Source: Candidatus Latescibacterota bacterium | GTDB taxonomy: Bacteria > Latescibacterota > UBA2968 > UBA8231 | Length of the DNA stretch: 64,000 nt | Assembly (NCBI GenBank): GCA_965215195.1 | Contig: CBDCDC010000001.1 | Coordinates: forward strand, 1,120,001-1,184,000 | Direction of reading: 5' to 3' | Shown here: piece after piece, positions 46,467-55,569 of the stretch | Layout of the letters: each line of letters opens with the position of its first letter | Position numbering within the stretch: position 1 is the first letter of the stretch | Translations under genes and position numbers: made by a program | Notes under the pieces: generated by a model | What the model was told of the DNA's origin: nothing | Databases searched by the model: none | Seen by the model: the letters and a program-made list of their open reading frames with translations, nothing else

Positions 46467-47330
46467 TCACCAGGCCACTTCCATCCTGTCCTGCGCCCAG
46501 TACACAGGCCCGCTGAAGGTGCTTTTTACCTCGGCGATTCCTTGGGTGGTCTCTTCTGCGGGGTCGAGGGTCGGGGACTGGTGGTTGATTACCAAGCGCT
46601 TGGCACCGGCCTCGGCGGCCATGCGCCCGGCATTGAGGGTGCCAGTTTCGGAGATGACGCTGGGGAAGGTTTGGATCTTTTCTTCCCGATGCACGGCCTC
46701 CATCACGAACAGGTCTGCGTCCCGGGCTAGCTCGACCACGGACTCAATCGGCGCGGTATCGCCGCTGAAAGCAACGACGCCTTCTGCGGTCTCAAAGCGG
46801 AAGCCATAGCACTCAATGTACGGCTGGGCATGCTTGACCTCGCGCGCATAGCAGGTCCAGCCTTCTCCGGCGGCCACTTTTCCCTCGGCGTATTCGGCTG
46901 CGTGAACCACTGGTTCTGGCCTAAAATCGCCCACGCCGCCGCGCATCCGGTAGGCGTGGACGCTCATGGGATGATGGGTGCGGGCGATCACGTCGTACCA
47001 GAAGAGGCCATTGGGGCTCCAGAGGCCGTCGGTGATGCGCTTGATGGGAGCCGGCCCGTAAACGTGCAGATCGGGTTCGGTGCCGATGCACTGGTCGAAG
47101 CGCGTCATCAGGAAGCAGAGATAGTCGGAGATGTGGTCGGAGTGCAGGTGGGTGAAAAACAGATTGTGTACTGAAGTGCAGGGGATGCCCATGCGGTGCA
47201 TCTTGAAGGTTGATGCCGGGCCGCAGTCGATCATCAGCCGCTGGCCGCAGATTTCGAGAATGAAACAGGTGCCCCAGCGGTCGGGAGTGGGGGTGGGCGT
47301 ACCGGCACCGACAATTTTTAGCTTTGGCAT
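46467..47330 (-). CDS. MBL-fold metallohydrolase (RNase Z/arylsulfatase-like)
   Basis: GAGTPTP, IDCG, THLHSDH, FSGDT, LVINH. Confidence 0.88.
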   Translation of the reverse strand: MPKLKIVGAGTPTPTPDRWGTCFILEICGQRLMIDCGPASTFKMHRMGIPCTSVHNLFFTHLHSDHISDYLCFLMTRFDQCIGTEPDLHVYGPAPIKRITDGLWSPNGLFWYDVIARTHHPMSVHAYRMRGGVGDFRPEPVVHAAEYAEGKVAAGEGWTCYAREVKHAQPYIECYGFRFETAEGVVAFSGDTAPIESVVELARDADLFVMEAVHREEKIQTFPSVISETGTLNAGRMAAEAGAKRLVINHQSPTLDPAEETTQGIAEVKSTFSGPVYWAQDRMEVAW

Positions 47331-47582
47331 GGAATAGTCTCCGAAGCGCACGAAAAAATAAACTACTCCGCCGCAAGCAGCGGGGTATTGGAAATTCGTT
47401 CATCGGTATAGAATACGCCGCAAGCGGCCGGGTATTCAACCCGAAGAGAATAAATGGGCATTATTGGCAGGGGGTCAAGCTGGTCGGCGGGTATTTGCAC
47501 AATGGTTTCTTGCGGGAAAATAGTGGAAAGAAATCCTTCCCGCAGGTGTTGAGCGTGGTATTTTTAGGACGAGAACCTGTCA

Positions 47583-48005
47583 GTGCTTACTATCCGGGAG
47601 AATCCGACCTTGAGATTCGACACGCAAAAACTGCCCGCCACCTCTGACGTGACCGCTCCCGACGGCGCGGAGGTGCGCGTTCTGCTGGGCCTGCAAGGCG
47701 GCGGCATGGCGCATTTTGAACTCCAGCCCGGCCAGACATCCAAGGCCGTTGCCCACCGCACGGTCGAAGAGATCTGGTTTTTCCTCGCCGGGCGCGGCCA
47801 GATGTGGCGGCGGCAGGACGAGCGCGAGGAAATCGTGGCGGTTGAGCCGGGCGTCTGCCTGACCATTCCGCTGGGCACCCACTTCCAGTTCCGCGCCTTG
47901 GGCGCCGAGCCGCTGGCCGCAATCGCCGTTACCATGCCTCCGTGGCCCGGCGAGGACGAAGCCTATCCGGTCGAGGGCAGGTGGCCGGCGACTACGGCCC
48001 ATTAG
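47583..48005 (+). CDS. Cupin domain protein
   Basis: APDGAEVRVL, AHRTVEEIW, IPLGTHFQFR, TMPPWPG; start uncertain. Confidence 0.85.
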   Translation: MLTIRENPTLRFDTQKLPATSDVTAPDGAEVRVLLGLQGGGMAHFELQPGQTSKAVAHRTVEEIWFFLAGRGQMWRRQDEREEIVAVEPGVCLTIPLGTHFQFRALGAEPLAAIAVTMPPWPGEDEAYPVEGRWPATTAH

Positions 48006-48082
48006 GCGGCGGGATATTGACTCCATTGAGCGTAGATGTAAACTGTAATTACCTCAACCGATGCAAATAAGGAAAACGCCTC

Positions 48083-48442
48083 ATGAAATCCTATCTCTTT
48101 ACGTTCAGCCAACCCTGCACACAGGCGCAGGCGCATGCTGCTCTCAACGACACTGAGGGAATTCAAACATGGGTCGCGCCGTTTCCGTATTCCGCTATCC
48201 TCGTCTCCAGACTTAATGCTCAGGACCTTAGCGCGATTCTTCGCGAGCGACTGCCTAACGATGTGTGGTTCATGGTCGCAGAAATGGATCACCAGACCGT
48301 AGATGGCTGGCTGCCCGGAAACCTATGGGAGTACGTAAACGATCCGCAGAAGGCGTGGTCTCGGCAATTGATCAGGACTATCGCCGATCCAAAGTATCTC
48401 CGTCGTCCCGTCGCAGATGCCGACAGAATGGCGCGGACGTAG
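48083..48442 (+). CDS. Hypothetical protein (small ferredoxin-like fold, GWLP motif)
   Basis: AAGGA RBS; lower GC; DGWLPGNLWEY. Confidence 0.65.
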   Translation: MKSYLFTFSQPCTQAQAHAALNDTEGIQTWVAPFPYSAILVSRLNAQDLSAILRERLPNDVWFMVAEMDHQTVDGWLPGNLWEYVNDPQKAWSRQLIRTIADPKYLRRPVADADRMART

Positions 48443-48469
48443 AGGTATCTTTCTAAAAGACTCTAACCA

Positions 48470-48544
48470 TCTTGTAGTAGGCTGTTTCATGTCTCTGGAC
48501 GATCCCGCTGAGAAGCCCATCGGGTGATATACGAACACAAATGG
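48470..48544 (+). repeat. ~75-bp dispersed repeat, copy B
   Basis: TCTTGTAGTAGGCTGTTTCATGTCTCTGGACGATCCCGCTGAGAAGCCC...GAACACAAATGG. Confidence 0.8.
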
Positions 48545-48619
48545 AACAACTAGCACTATATGGTTAATACCTATAAAAAAATATGCTAAAACAGGTTCAC
48601 GCCTGTTGACACCCATCTC

Positions 48620-48674
48620 GCATTCGTCTGTACGTCGTGGCTGTCGTCTGCCGTGGCGGCCGGTTCCTGTTCCT
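48620..48674 (+). promoter_or_regulatory. Conserved 55-nt 5' leader of LRR paralog 2
   Basis: 52/55 identical to the reverse complement of 33481-33535. Confidence 0.6.
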
Positions 48675-48708
48675 GATTCCTCAAACCGTTTATAGAAGGA
48701 GACAAACA

Positions 48709-50355
48709 ATGCTGTTATGGAAGCGAATAAACGCCCTGCTGGTCGTCGTTTTAGGCGCAGTGGCCTGTTCCGATCCGCCGGTGGCGCCGGTGCCGGCGGG
48801 CAAAGCCTTGGGGCAGGCCGAAGCCGATAGTACGCCATCGGACGCTGTCGTCTCGTTTGCCGATGCCAACTTGGAGCGTGCGGTGCGGCGGACGCTGAAC
48901 AAGCCGGAAGGCCCGCTGACCGCCGACGATCTGGCGTCCCTGACGAAGCTCGACGTAGAGCGGCAAGACGTCTCAGGCATTGAGAGCTTGGCCGGCCTCG
49001 AACACGCGACGGCGCTAGACACGCTGAGTCTGTGGGGCAACCAGATTGTGGATTTGAGTCCGTTGGCAGGTTTGACCCAGCTAACTTACTTGGACTTAGG
49101 GCACAATCAGGTGGCGGATGTGGGTCCGTTGGTGGGGTTGACCAACTTGCAATGGCTGAGTCTGTGGGGCAACGCGGTGGCGGACGTGAGTCCGTTGGCA
49201 GGCTTGACCAAGCTGACCTACCTGAACCTGTGGGGCAACGCGATTGAAGCGGTGAGTGCGTTGGCGGGGTTGACGAAGCTGACCTCGCTGGACTTGGGGC
49301 ACAACGAGGTAGCGGATGTGGGTCCGTTAGATGGCCTGACCCGGCTGGACTGTTTGGGCTTGGTGGACAATCTCATTCGCCAACGGGACCTCGCCGAACA
49401 GGTTCCCACCTTGATAGAGCAGGGCGTCAAGATCTCCGTCGTCCTGCCGAACCCGCAACCACCACCGGCCCCGGCTCCACCCCCGGCGGCAGCCCCGGCC
49501 CCGGCCCCGGCTCCACCCCCGGCCCCGGTAGTCGTCTCGTTCGCCAATGCCAATCTGGAGGGTTTGGTGCGGCAGGCACTGGGGCAAGCGGAAGGCGAAC
49601 TTACATCCGCGGATCTGGCGTCCCTAACGCGGCTCGAGGCATATGGGCAAAACATTCAGAGCTTGGCCGGCCTCGAATACGCTACGGCGTTGACTTGGCT
49701 GGACCTGGAGGACAACACGGCTCTTGCGGATGTGAGTCCGTTGTCGGGCCTGACCAAGTTGGACACGCTGATTCTGAGTAACACGGCCATTGGGGATGCG
49801 GGGGCGACTTCGTTGTCGAGCCTGACCAACTTGGAAACGCTGCATCTGAGTGGCACGTCCATTGGGGATGCAGGGGTGGCTGAGTTGTCGAGCCTGACCA
49901 ACCTGCAAACGCTGTATCTGAGTAGCACGTCGATTGGGGATGCGGGGGCGGCTTCGTTGTCGAGCCTGACCAACTTGGAAACGCTGCATCTGAGTAGCAC
50001 GTCGATTGGGGATGCGGGGGCGGCTTCGTTGTCGGGCCTGACCAACTTGAAAGAGCTGTATCTGAGTAGCACGTCGATTGGGGATGCGGGTATGAGTTCG
50101 TTGTCGAGCCTGACCAAATTGGAAACGCTGCATCTGAGTGGCACGTCCATTGGGGATGCAGGGGTGGCTGAGTTGTCGAGCCTGACCAACCTGAAATGGC
50201 TGGCTCTGAGCAGCACGTCCATTACGGATGTGAGTCCGTTGCTCAGCCTGACCAAGTTGAAAACGCTGTTTCTGCAAGGCAATACCCTCAGTGACGAGTC
50301 AATCAACACACACATCCCCGCCCTTGAAACAGCAGGCGTTACGATCTACCGATAA
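48709..50355 (+). CDS. Internalin-like leucine-rich-repeat lipoprotein, paralog 2 (548 aa)
   Basis: Lipobox AVAC; N-half nearly identical to paralog 1; six 24-aa IGDAG repeats in the C-block. Confidence 0.9.
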   Translation: MLLWKRINALLVVVLGAVACSDPPVAPVPAGKALGQAEADSTPSDAVVSFADANLERAVRRTLNKPEGPLTADDLASLTKLDVERQDVSGIESLAGLEHATALDTLSLWGNQIVDLSPLAGLTQLTYLDLGHNQVADVGPLVGLTNLQWLSLWGNAVADVSPLAGLTKLTYLNLWGNAIEAVSALAGLTKLTSLDLGHNEVADVGPLDGLTRLDCLGLVDNLIRQRDLAEQVPTLIEQGVKISVVLPNPQPPPAPAPPPAAAPAPAPAPPPAPVVVSFANANLEGLVRQALGQAEGELTSADLASLTRLEAYGQNIQSLAGLEYATALTWLDLEDNTALADVSPLSGLTKLDTLILSNTAIGDAGATSLSSLTNLETLHLSGTSIGDAGVAELSSLTNLQTLYLSSTSIGDAGAASLSSLTNLETLHLSSTSIGDAGAASLSGLTNLKELYLSSTSIGDAGMSSLSSLTKLETLHLSGTSIGDAGVAELSSLTNLKWLALSSTSITDVSPLLSLTKLKTLFLQGNTLSDESINTHIPALETAGVTIYR

Positions 50356-50423
50356 TGAATGGTGCGCCGCTTGCTACGCGATACCAGCCCTTCGTGGGGG
50401 CCCCACAGGGGTCGTGAAGGCCG

Positions 50424-51011
50424 ATGGACAGGGTAGCAAAGATCTGGTTCAAAGGCCACACCGTCCACCTGCACACGCCCCGCTTGCACCTGCGTCCCAT
50501 GAACGACGCCGATTGGGGCACCTTGCTGCGCTGGAACCAAGACCCCGACGTGTTGTATTACGCCGATGGCGCGGATGTGACAGCCTATACGCTCAGCCAG
50601 ATCAAGCGCATATACAGCGGCATCTCGCAAGCTGCCTTCTGCTTCCTCGCCGAACTCGACGGCCAGCCCATTGCCGAGGCTTGGTTGCAGGCCATGAATC
50701 TGTCGCGCATTATCGAGGCCCACCCCGGCTGCGACTGCCGCCGCATTGACCTGTCCATTGGCGAGAAGCAGCACTGGAACAAGGGCTTGGGAACGGAAAT
50801 AATCCGCGCTTTGGTCGATTTTGGTTTTGCCGAGGAAAAGGCCGATTTTATTTTCGCCTGCGACGTTGCCGACTACAATCCCCGCAGCCGCGCCGCGTTT
50901 GCCAAAGTGGGCTTCCGCGTCGTGGCCTACATTGCCCAGCCGCCCGGTGCCAAGGCGCGCTCCACCTGCGATATGCGCATCGCCCAAACCGAGTGGGCGG
51001 CAGGTGTCTAA
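50424..51011 (+). CDS. GNAT acetyltransferase (RimJ/RimL-like)
   Basis: TPRLHLRP, HWNKGLGTE, NPRSRAAFAKVGF. Confidence 0.88.
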   Translation: MDRVAKIWFKGHTVHLHTPRLHLRPMNDADWGTLLRWNQDPDVLYYADGADVTAYTLSQIKRIYSGISQAAFCFLAELDGQPIAEAWLQAMNLSRIIEAHPGCDCRRIDLSIGEKQHWNKGLGTEIIRALVDFGFAEEKADFIFACDVADYNPRSRAAFAKVGFRVVAYIAQPPGAKARSTCDMRIAQTEWAAGV

Positions 51012-51140
51012 TTCCAGCGAGGTTAGCGGACAGCACGCTCCAGTACAGCCGCCGTCTCAATAACGACGTGGCACACGGTATAAGACCATGAACGGGGCCA
51101 TGGCCCAGCAATTAGTGGTGCTGGCGCGAGCTAAGTACGT

Positions 51141-51169
51141 GCAAATTGGGAATTGGATTCCAAGTTTGC
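51141..51169. promoter_or_regulatory. Imperfect palindrome (possible operator) upstream of the AAA_14 gene
   Basis: GCAAATTGGGAAT-TGG-ATTCCAAGTTTGC. Confidence 0.35.
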
Positions 51170-51204
51170 TTGAATCTGAGGGCCGTACTCCCTAATTTCT
51201 CGGC

Positions 51205-52431
51205 ATGGCTGAACTTCCGTACAGCGAGCGCACCCTATCCGGCGTCTTGGCCCGTGCGGCCGGGCAATTTCCGGCTGTCGTCCTGACCGGCCCGCGCCAA
51301 TCCGGCAAGACGACCCTCGTGCGCCATCTCTTCGGTGCGACCCATTCCTACTGCACCCTCGACGATATAACCATCCGCGAGCAGGCCCGTAGCGATGCCC
51401 AACTTTTGCTCGCACGCTTCCCCCCGCCGGTGATTGTCGACGAGATCCAGTATGCCCCCGATCTGCTCCACCGCGTGAAGATCGACATCGACGAGCACCG
51501 GGGGGCAAAGGGACGCTACATAATCACCGGCTCGCAGGCATTCCCACTGATGCAGGACGTCTCCGAATCCCTCGCCGGCCGCGCCGCAATGCTCCTGCTC
51601 CAGTCCATGTCCCTAGCGGAAATGAGTGGGCGGGCCGCGCCGTGCGTTGGCTGGCGGGAAGTGCTGGGTGCGGGAGCGTACGCGGCGAGCGGCCCGACGG
51701 AAATCGCCCGGTGCCTTTTCCGCGGCGGCTTTCCCGAGCCAGCCCTCGACCCGCGCATCGACCCAGCCCTGTGGCTGAGCAGCTACATCCAGACGTACCT
51801 TGAACGCGATGTCCGCACCTTGCGCACTGTGGGTGACCTCGGCGATTTCCAACGCATGCTCTACGCCGTAGCCGCTCGCACGGGAGCATTGATCAATTTT
51901 TCCGATCTGGGGCGCGATCTCGGCGTAACCTCAAAGACGGTCAAAGCATGGGTCTCGGTCCTAGAAGCGAGCGGACAGCTCTTAACCCTCAAGCCCTATC
52001 ACGTAAATTTGGGCAAGAGATTGGTCAAGCAGCCCAAGCTATACTTCTTAGACACTGGGGTCCTCGGCTATCTCTTAGGACTGTCAGGACCCGATCAGAT
52101 GCTACGGGGGATGGCCGCCGGTCCCATGATCGAGAGCGCTGTCTTGGGTGCGCTATATCGCCTGCTCCTGCACCGAGGTACGGTGCCACGCCTGTACTTC
52201 TGGCGCACGGCCGGCGGCCACGAGGTGGACTTCATCCTCGAGGACGGCCAGCAGCTCATCCCCATCGAAGCGAAACTCACGGCCACGCCCAAGCCGGAGC
52301 ACGCCCAAGCCATCGAGCGCTTCCAAGCCCTCTTTGGCGCCCGTGCGGCGCACGGGTTGGTGATATGCCTCTGCCGAGAGCGCTTTCCCCTGACGGCGTC
52401 GGTAGATGCCGTGCCGCTGGGCGCACTGTGA
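51205..52431 (+). CDS. AAA_14 ATPase plus DUF4143 (C-terminal PD-(D/E)xK) protein
   Basis: LTGPRQSGKTT, VDEIQY, ITGS, SLAGR, GGFPE, PKLYFLDTG, EVDF..IPIEAK. Confidence 0.92.
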   Translation: MAELPYSERTLSGVLARAAGQFPAVVLTGPRQSGKTTLVRHLFGATHSYCTLDDITIREQARSDAQLLLARFPPPVIVDEIQYAPDLLHRVKIDIDEHRGAKGRYIITGSQAFPLMQDVSESLAGRAAMLLLQSMSLAEMSGRAAPCVGWREVLGAGAYAASGPTEIARCLFRGGFPEPALDPRIDPALWLSSYIQTYLERDVRTLRTVGDLGDFQRMLYAVAARTGALINFSDLGRDLGVTSKTVKAWVSVLEASGQLLTLKPYHVNLGKRLVKQPKLYFLDTGVLGYLLGLSGPDQMLRGMAAGPMIESAVLGALYRLLLHRGTVPRLYFWRTAGGHEVDFILEDGQQLIPIEAKLTATPKPEHAQAIERFQALFGARAAHGLVICLCRERFPLTASVDAVPLGAL

Positions 52432-52433
52432 AC

Positions 52434-52618
52434 GAAAGGCGCTAGCCGATCGCGGGCGAGGTATAGAGGCGCGGTAGCGCGACTGCGGCCCGCGAAAGAA
52501 CGCCACCCTCGCGCAAGCGGGGACGGGCTGGATGGCAAGCATAGAAGCCTGCGCCCGTGAAAACGGGTGGCGCGGTCGAGCGCGGAAATACCCCCGACCG
52601 GCACAGAGCCGGCTTTGC
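52434..52618 (+). ncRNA. Candidate ~185-nt structured ncRNA (6S-like rod fold possible; identity unproven)
   Basis: Between convergent genes; GNRA-capped hairpins and nested long-range pairings. Confidence 0.4.
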
Positions 52619-52633
52619 AAAAGTATTAGGGAA

Positions 52634-53785
52634 TCAAAGCTGCTTATATAGTTGAATGGTGCGCTGGGCCGCGTCTTCCCACGTGAAGGCTGCGGCCCGT
52701 TGGCGTCCTTGGCGCGCTAGCTGTTGGCGGAGCGCGGGATCGGTCAGCAGGTGCTGCATCCCGGCGGCGATGGACGCGGTGTCGAGCGGATCGACGAGCA
52801 CCGCGCTTTCCCCGGCGACTTCGGCCAGCGAAGAACAGTTCGACGTGAGCACCGGACAGCCGCTGGCCATGGCTTCGAGCACGGGAAGCCCGAACCCTTC
52901 TATCAGCGACGGAAACGCAAAAAAGAGCGCGTGGGCAAAACAGGCGCGGATTTGCTCGTCGCTGAGCTGGCCGACGAGGAGCACCCGGTCGCTCAGGCCG
53001 AGCTGCTGCGCCAGCCGCACGAGCGCGGGATTGCCCTCGCCGCGGCCAGCGAACACGAGCGCGAGGTTGGGATGGGCCGAGGCGACTTGGGCAAAAGCGC
53101 ACACCAGCCGCGGCAGGTTTTTGTACGGCAAGCTGTTGCCCAAGCCAAATGCAAAAGGCCGCTCTGCAAAAAGTGCTTCAAGGGTCGCGGCTACGGCGCA
53201 GTCGTCGGCGTTGCCCGAGCTAAACGCAAAGGACGGTTCCGCGCTGTCGACGCGCCAAGCGGGAGCCACGCCGTTAAGGACGGCTGTTACTTTGTCAGCC
53301 GGGACGCCGTGGTCGAGCGCGGCGCGGCGCGTACTGGCGGAGACGGCAACGATGTGGTCGGCGCGAGCTATGGCCCGGCGAATGCCGAAGCTCCCCAGCG
53401 ACCCCTTGACCCACCGCCGCCAGCGCCGGCCATCGGCGAGGTGGGGGTGATCCACCCATATCAGGTCGTGCAAGGTGATGACGACGCGCCGAGCGCGGAC
53501 GCCAATGGGGAGAAAGTGGAACAGGGAGTGGTACACGTCGGCGTCGAGCCCGTTGATGACCCGGGCACCGGCGAGGATATTCCGCCCCGAGGAAATGTCG
53601 TACGGTGCGAAAATCTCCCGGAAGTTGGCTTGGTCGGCGATGGGGCCGTGACGCGAGGGGCGGCGGACGATGATGTACTCGTTTTCGCGGTCCAGCTTGG
53701 CGATATGGCTGACGAGGTCGGCGGCGTAGCGGCCGAGGCTGGTGGGCACGTCGCGCAGGGAGCGGCCGTCGATGCAGATCCTCAC
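52634..53785 (-). CDS. GT4 glycosyltransferase
   Basis: VRICIDGR, VITLHDL, YKNLPRL, FPSLIEGFGLPVLEAMASG; GTG start at 53785. Confidence 0.9.
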   Translation of the reverse strand: MRICIDGRSLRDVPTSLGRYAADLVSHIAKLDRENEYIIVRRPSRHGPIADQANFREIFAPYDISSGRNILAGARVINGLDADVYHSLFHFLPIGVRARRVVITLHDLIWVDHPHLADGRRWRRWVKGSLGSFGIRRAIARADHIVAVSASTRRAALDHGVPADKVTAVLNGVAPAWRVDSAEPSFAFSSGNADDCAVAATLEALFAERPFAFGLGNSLPYKNLPRLVCAFAQVASAHPNLALVFAGRGEGNPALVRLAQQLGLSDRVLLVGQLSDEQIRACFAHALFFAFPSLIEGFGLPVLEAMASGCPVLTSNCSSLAEVAGESAVLVDPLDTASIAAGMQHLLTDPALRQQLARQGRQRAAAFTWEDAAQRTIQLYKQL

Positions 53786-54519
53786 GGGACGAGGCCGGCG
53801 CAGTAGTTGGGGATGTGCGCCAGCGCGGCCCGCGGCCAGACCCGGAAGTCGGCATAGGCGGCCGCGGCGTGCCCCCGGGTCGAATTGGCATCGGTGAGCA
53901 AGGCGATGCCAATGGTTTTTTTGGGCAGCTTGGGCGACAAAATGCGCTCGTGATCCCGTTCTAGATCGACCTGCGCTTGGAGCCATTGCCCCAACTTCTC
54001 CGGCCCGCTTTCGAGCACGACAAACCAGGGGCGGGCAATGCCCTTGCGGCGGGCGACCGTGCCGGGGGCCAAGGTCGTGCTCCACACGTATTTGATCTGT
54101 CGCGGGATGCCGAGGAAGTTGCGCGAGAAAATGACGTGTACCCCGGCGGCGCTGTCGTTGGTCTCGGTATAGCGCTCGTCGCCCCCCGGCGGCAGGGCGT
54201 CGGTGCGCCAGCACCAAGTCATAATCGGATACTGCCGGGGATCCCAGTGGAATCTCTTCATCAGAATGACCGAGTGGCCGCTGTCCTGTGCCGCTAGGTA
54301 GCGGCGACCGTTGGCCTCGCGGACGGCGTAGAGCTTGGGTTTGTCGTTGTCCTTGCGGCGCCAGCGCCAGCCACGGGGCAGGCTGTCTAGAGGCGTGGTG
54401 GCAAAGTCTTCGAGGACAATGTAAGGGGGGACTTCATCCGGCGGTGCGTCTTGGGCAGAGGCCGTGTAGAGAGAGAGGACGCAGTAGCCCGCCAGACAAG
54501 CGAGTATGGGTCGGCGCAT
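53782..54519 (-). CDS. DUF3047 domain protein (secreted)
   Basis: Signal peptide; YPIMTWCW, NDSAAGV, IKYVWS, IALLTDANST, AAYAD. Confidence 0.85.
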   Translation of the reverse strand: MRRPILACLAGYCVLSLYTASAQDAPPDEVPPYIVLEDFATTPLDSLPRGWRWRRKDNDKPKLYAVREANGRRYLAAQDSGHSVILMKRFHWDPRQYPIMTWCWRTDALPPGGDERYTETNDSAAGVHVIFSRNFLGIPRQIKYVWSTTLAPGTVARRKGIARPWFVVLESGPEKLGQWLQAQVDLERDHERILSPKLPKKTIGIALLTDANSTRGHAAAAYADFRVWPRAALAHIPNYCAGLVP

Positions 54520-54537
54520 GGCTCTATCTCGCGTGGG

Positions 54538-55569
54538 TCAGCGCGGGTTGCCTTGTTCCTGAAGCATAGTTAACGCCGTTGAGGGGCGGCGCTGGAGTGC
54601 GGTGCGGCTCATGTAGCTGAGGCAGGTCCAGCCAATGAAAATCCAAAACACGCGGCGCATGCGGCGCACAAGACCCAAGGACAGGCCGAGAGATGGGTCC
54701 AACCCCAAGCTGGAGAACAGAAACACGAGGCTGCCTTCCATGACCCCGATATTGGAGGGCATGAAGAAGAACAGGCCGTTGATGACCGCGCCCAAGGCAT
54801 TGAGCAGAAAACAAAACCAAAAGCCAATGCCCGCGTCGAGGGCCCAGAGGATGGCGTAGGTCTCGCAGGTGCCCATAAACCAGCCGATGCTCTGAAAGAA
54901 CAAGGCGCGGAGGAAGCGGGTGCGGTGGGTGCGGTAAAAGGCTCCGATATTGGTGTCGATGCGCGCCGCACGCCCCATATTGCGCTCGATCACATCGGTG
55001 CGCAGGCCGGCCGAGCGCAGCAGTTTGAGCAGGGACGTGAACATGCGCTCTTGGCGCTTGTAGAAGACCCAGAAGGCCGCCAAGCTGACGGTGAGCAGAC
55101 AGGCGAAAAAAGCCCGGTACTCCAAGGGGATAAGCTCGGACACGTCGTGGTAGTAGAACAACAGCCCTAGGCCGAGGATGGTAAAGGACAGGCCGACCGC
55201 AAGTTGCGCGGTTTTGTCGACGACCACCGAGGCCATGCCGCGCGGGCCGGGCGTCCGGTGGGTGAGCAAATAGGCCTTGACCGGCTCGCCGCCGAGATTG
55301 GCCAGCGGCGTGAGTTGGTTGACGGCCTCGCCGGCCAGCTTGGCCGCAAAAAGGGTGGGCAGCCGCGGTTTGAAGGCGTCGGGCGGGAAGGCGAAGTTCC
55401 AAGCGATGGTGTTGGAAAGATGCCAAGCGCACGAGGGCAGCAACAGCAAGGGGAACACCCACTTGATCGCGTCTAGGTGATGGAGGACCTCGTCAACCCC
55501 GAGCTGGCCGACGAGATAGCCCAGCAGCAGGAAGCCAACGGCGACCATGGAAATTTGCAGGGCTCTCAC
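54538..55569 (-). CDS. Lysylphosphatidylglycerol synthase TM / flippase-like (UPF0104) protein
   Basis: AGEAVNQLTP..LGGEPVK, ASVVVDK, PSNIGVMEG, LVRRMR; GTG start overlapping the upstream stop. Confidence 0.85.
   Translation of the reverse strand: MRALQISMVAVGFLLLGYLVGQLGVDEVLHHLDAIKWVFPLLLLPSCAWHLSNTIAWNFAFPPDAFKPRLPTLFAAKLAGEAVNQLTPLANLGGEPVKAYLLTHRTPGPRGMASVVVDKTAQLAVGLSFTILGLGLLFYYHDVSELIPLEYRAFFACLLTVSLAAFWVFYKRQERMFTSLLKLLRSAGLRTDVIERNMGRAARIDTNIGAFYRTHRTRFLRALFFQSIGWFMGTCETYAILWALDAGIGFWFCFLLNALGAVINGLFFFMPSNIGVMEGSLVFLFSSLGLDPSLGLSLGLVRRMRRVFWIFIGWTCLSYMSRTALQRRPSTALTMLQEQGNPR

Noticed and set aside
48083-48442. Cas2-like protein indicating a CRISPR locus
   Set aside because: Only a vague fold resemblance; no cas1 or array is present.
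52434-52618. RNase P RNA, lysine riboswitch or c-di-GMP riboswitch
   Set aside because: It lacks GAGGAAAGUCC and is too short for RNase P; riboswitch cores are incomplete and there is no co-oriented downstream gene.
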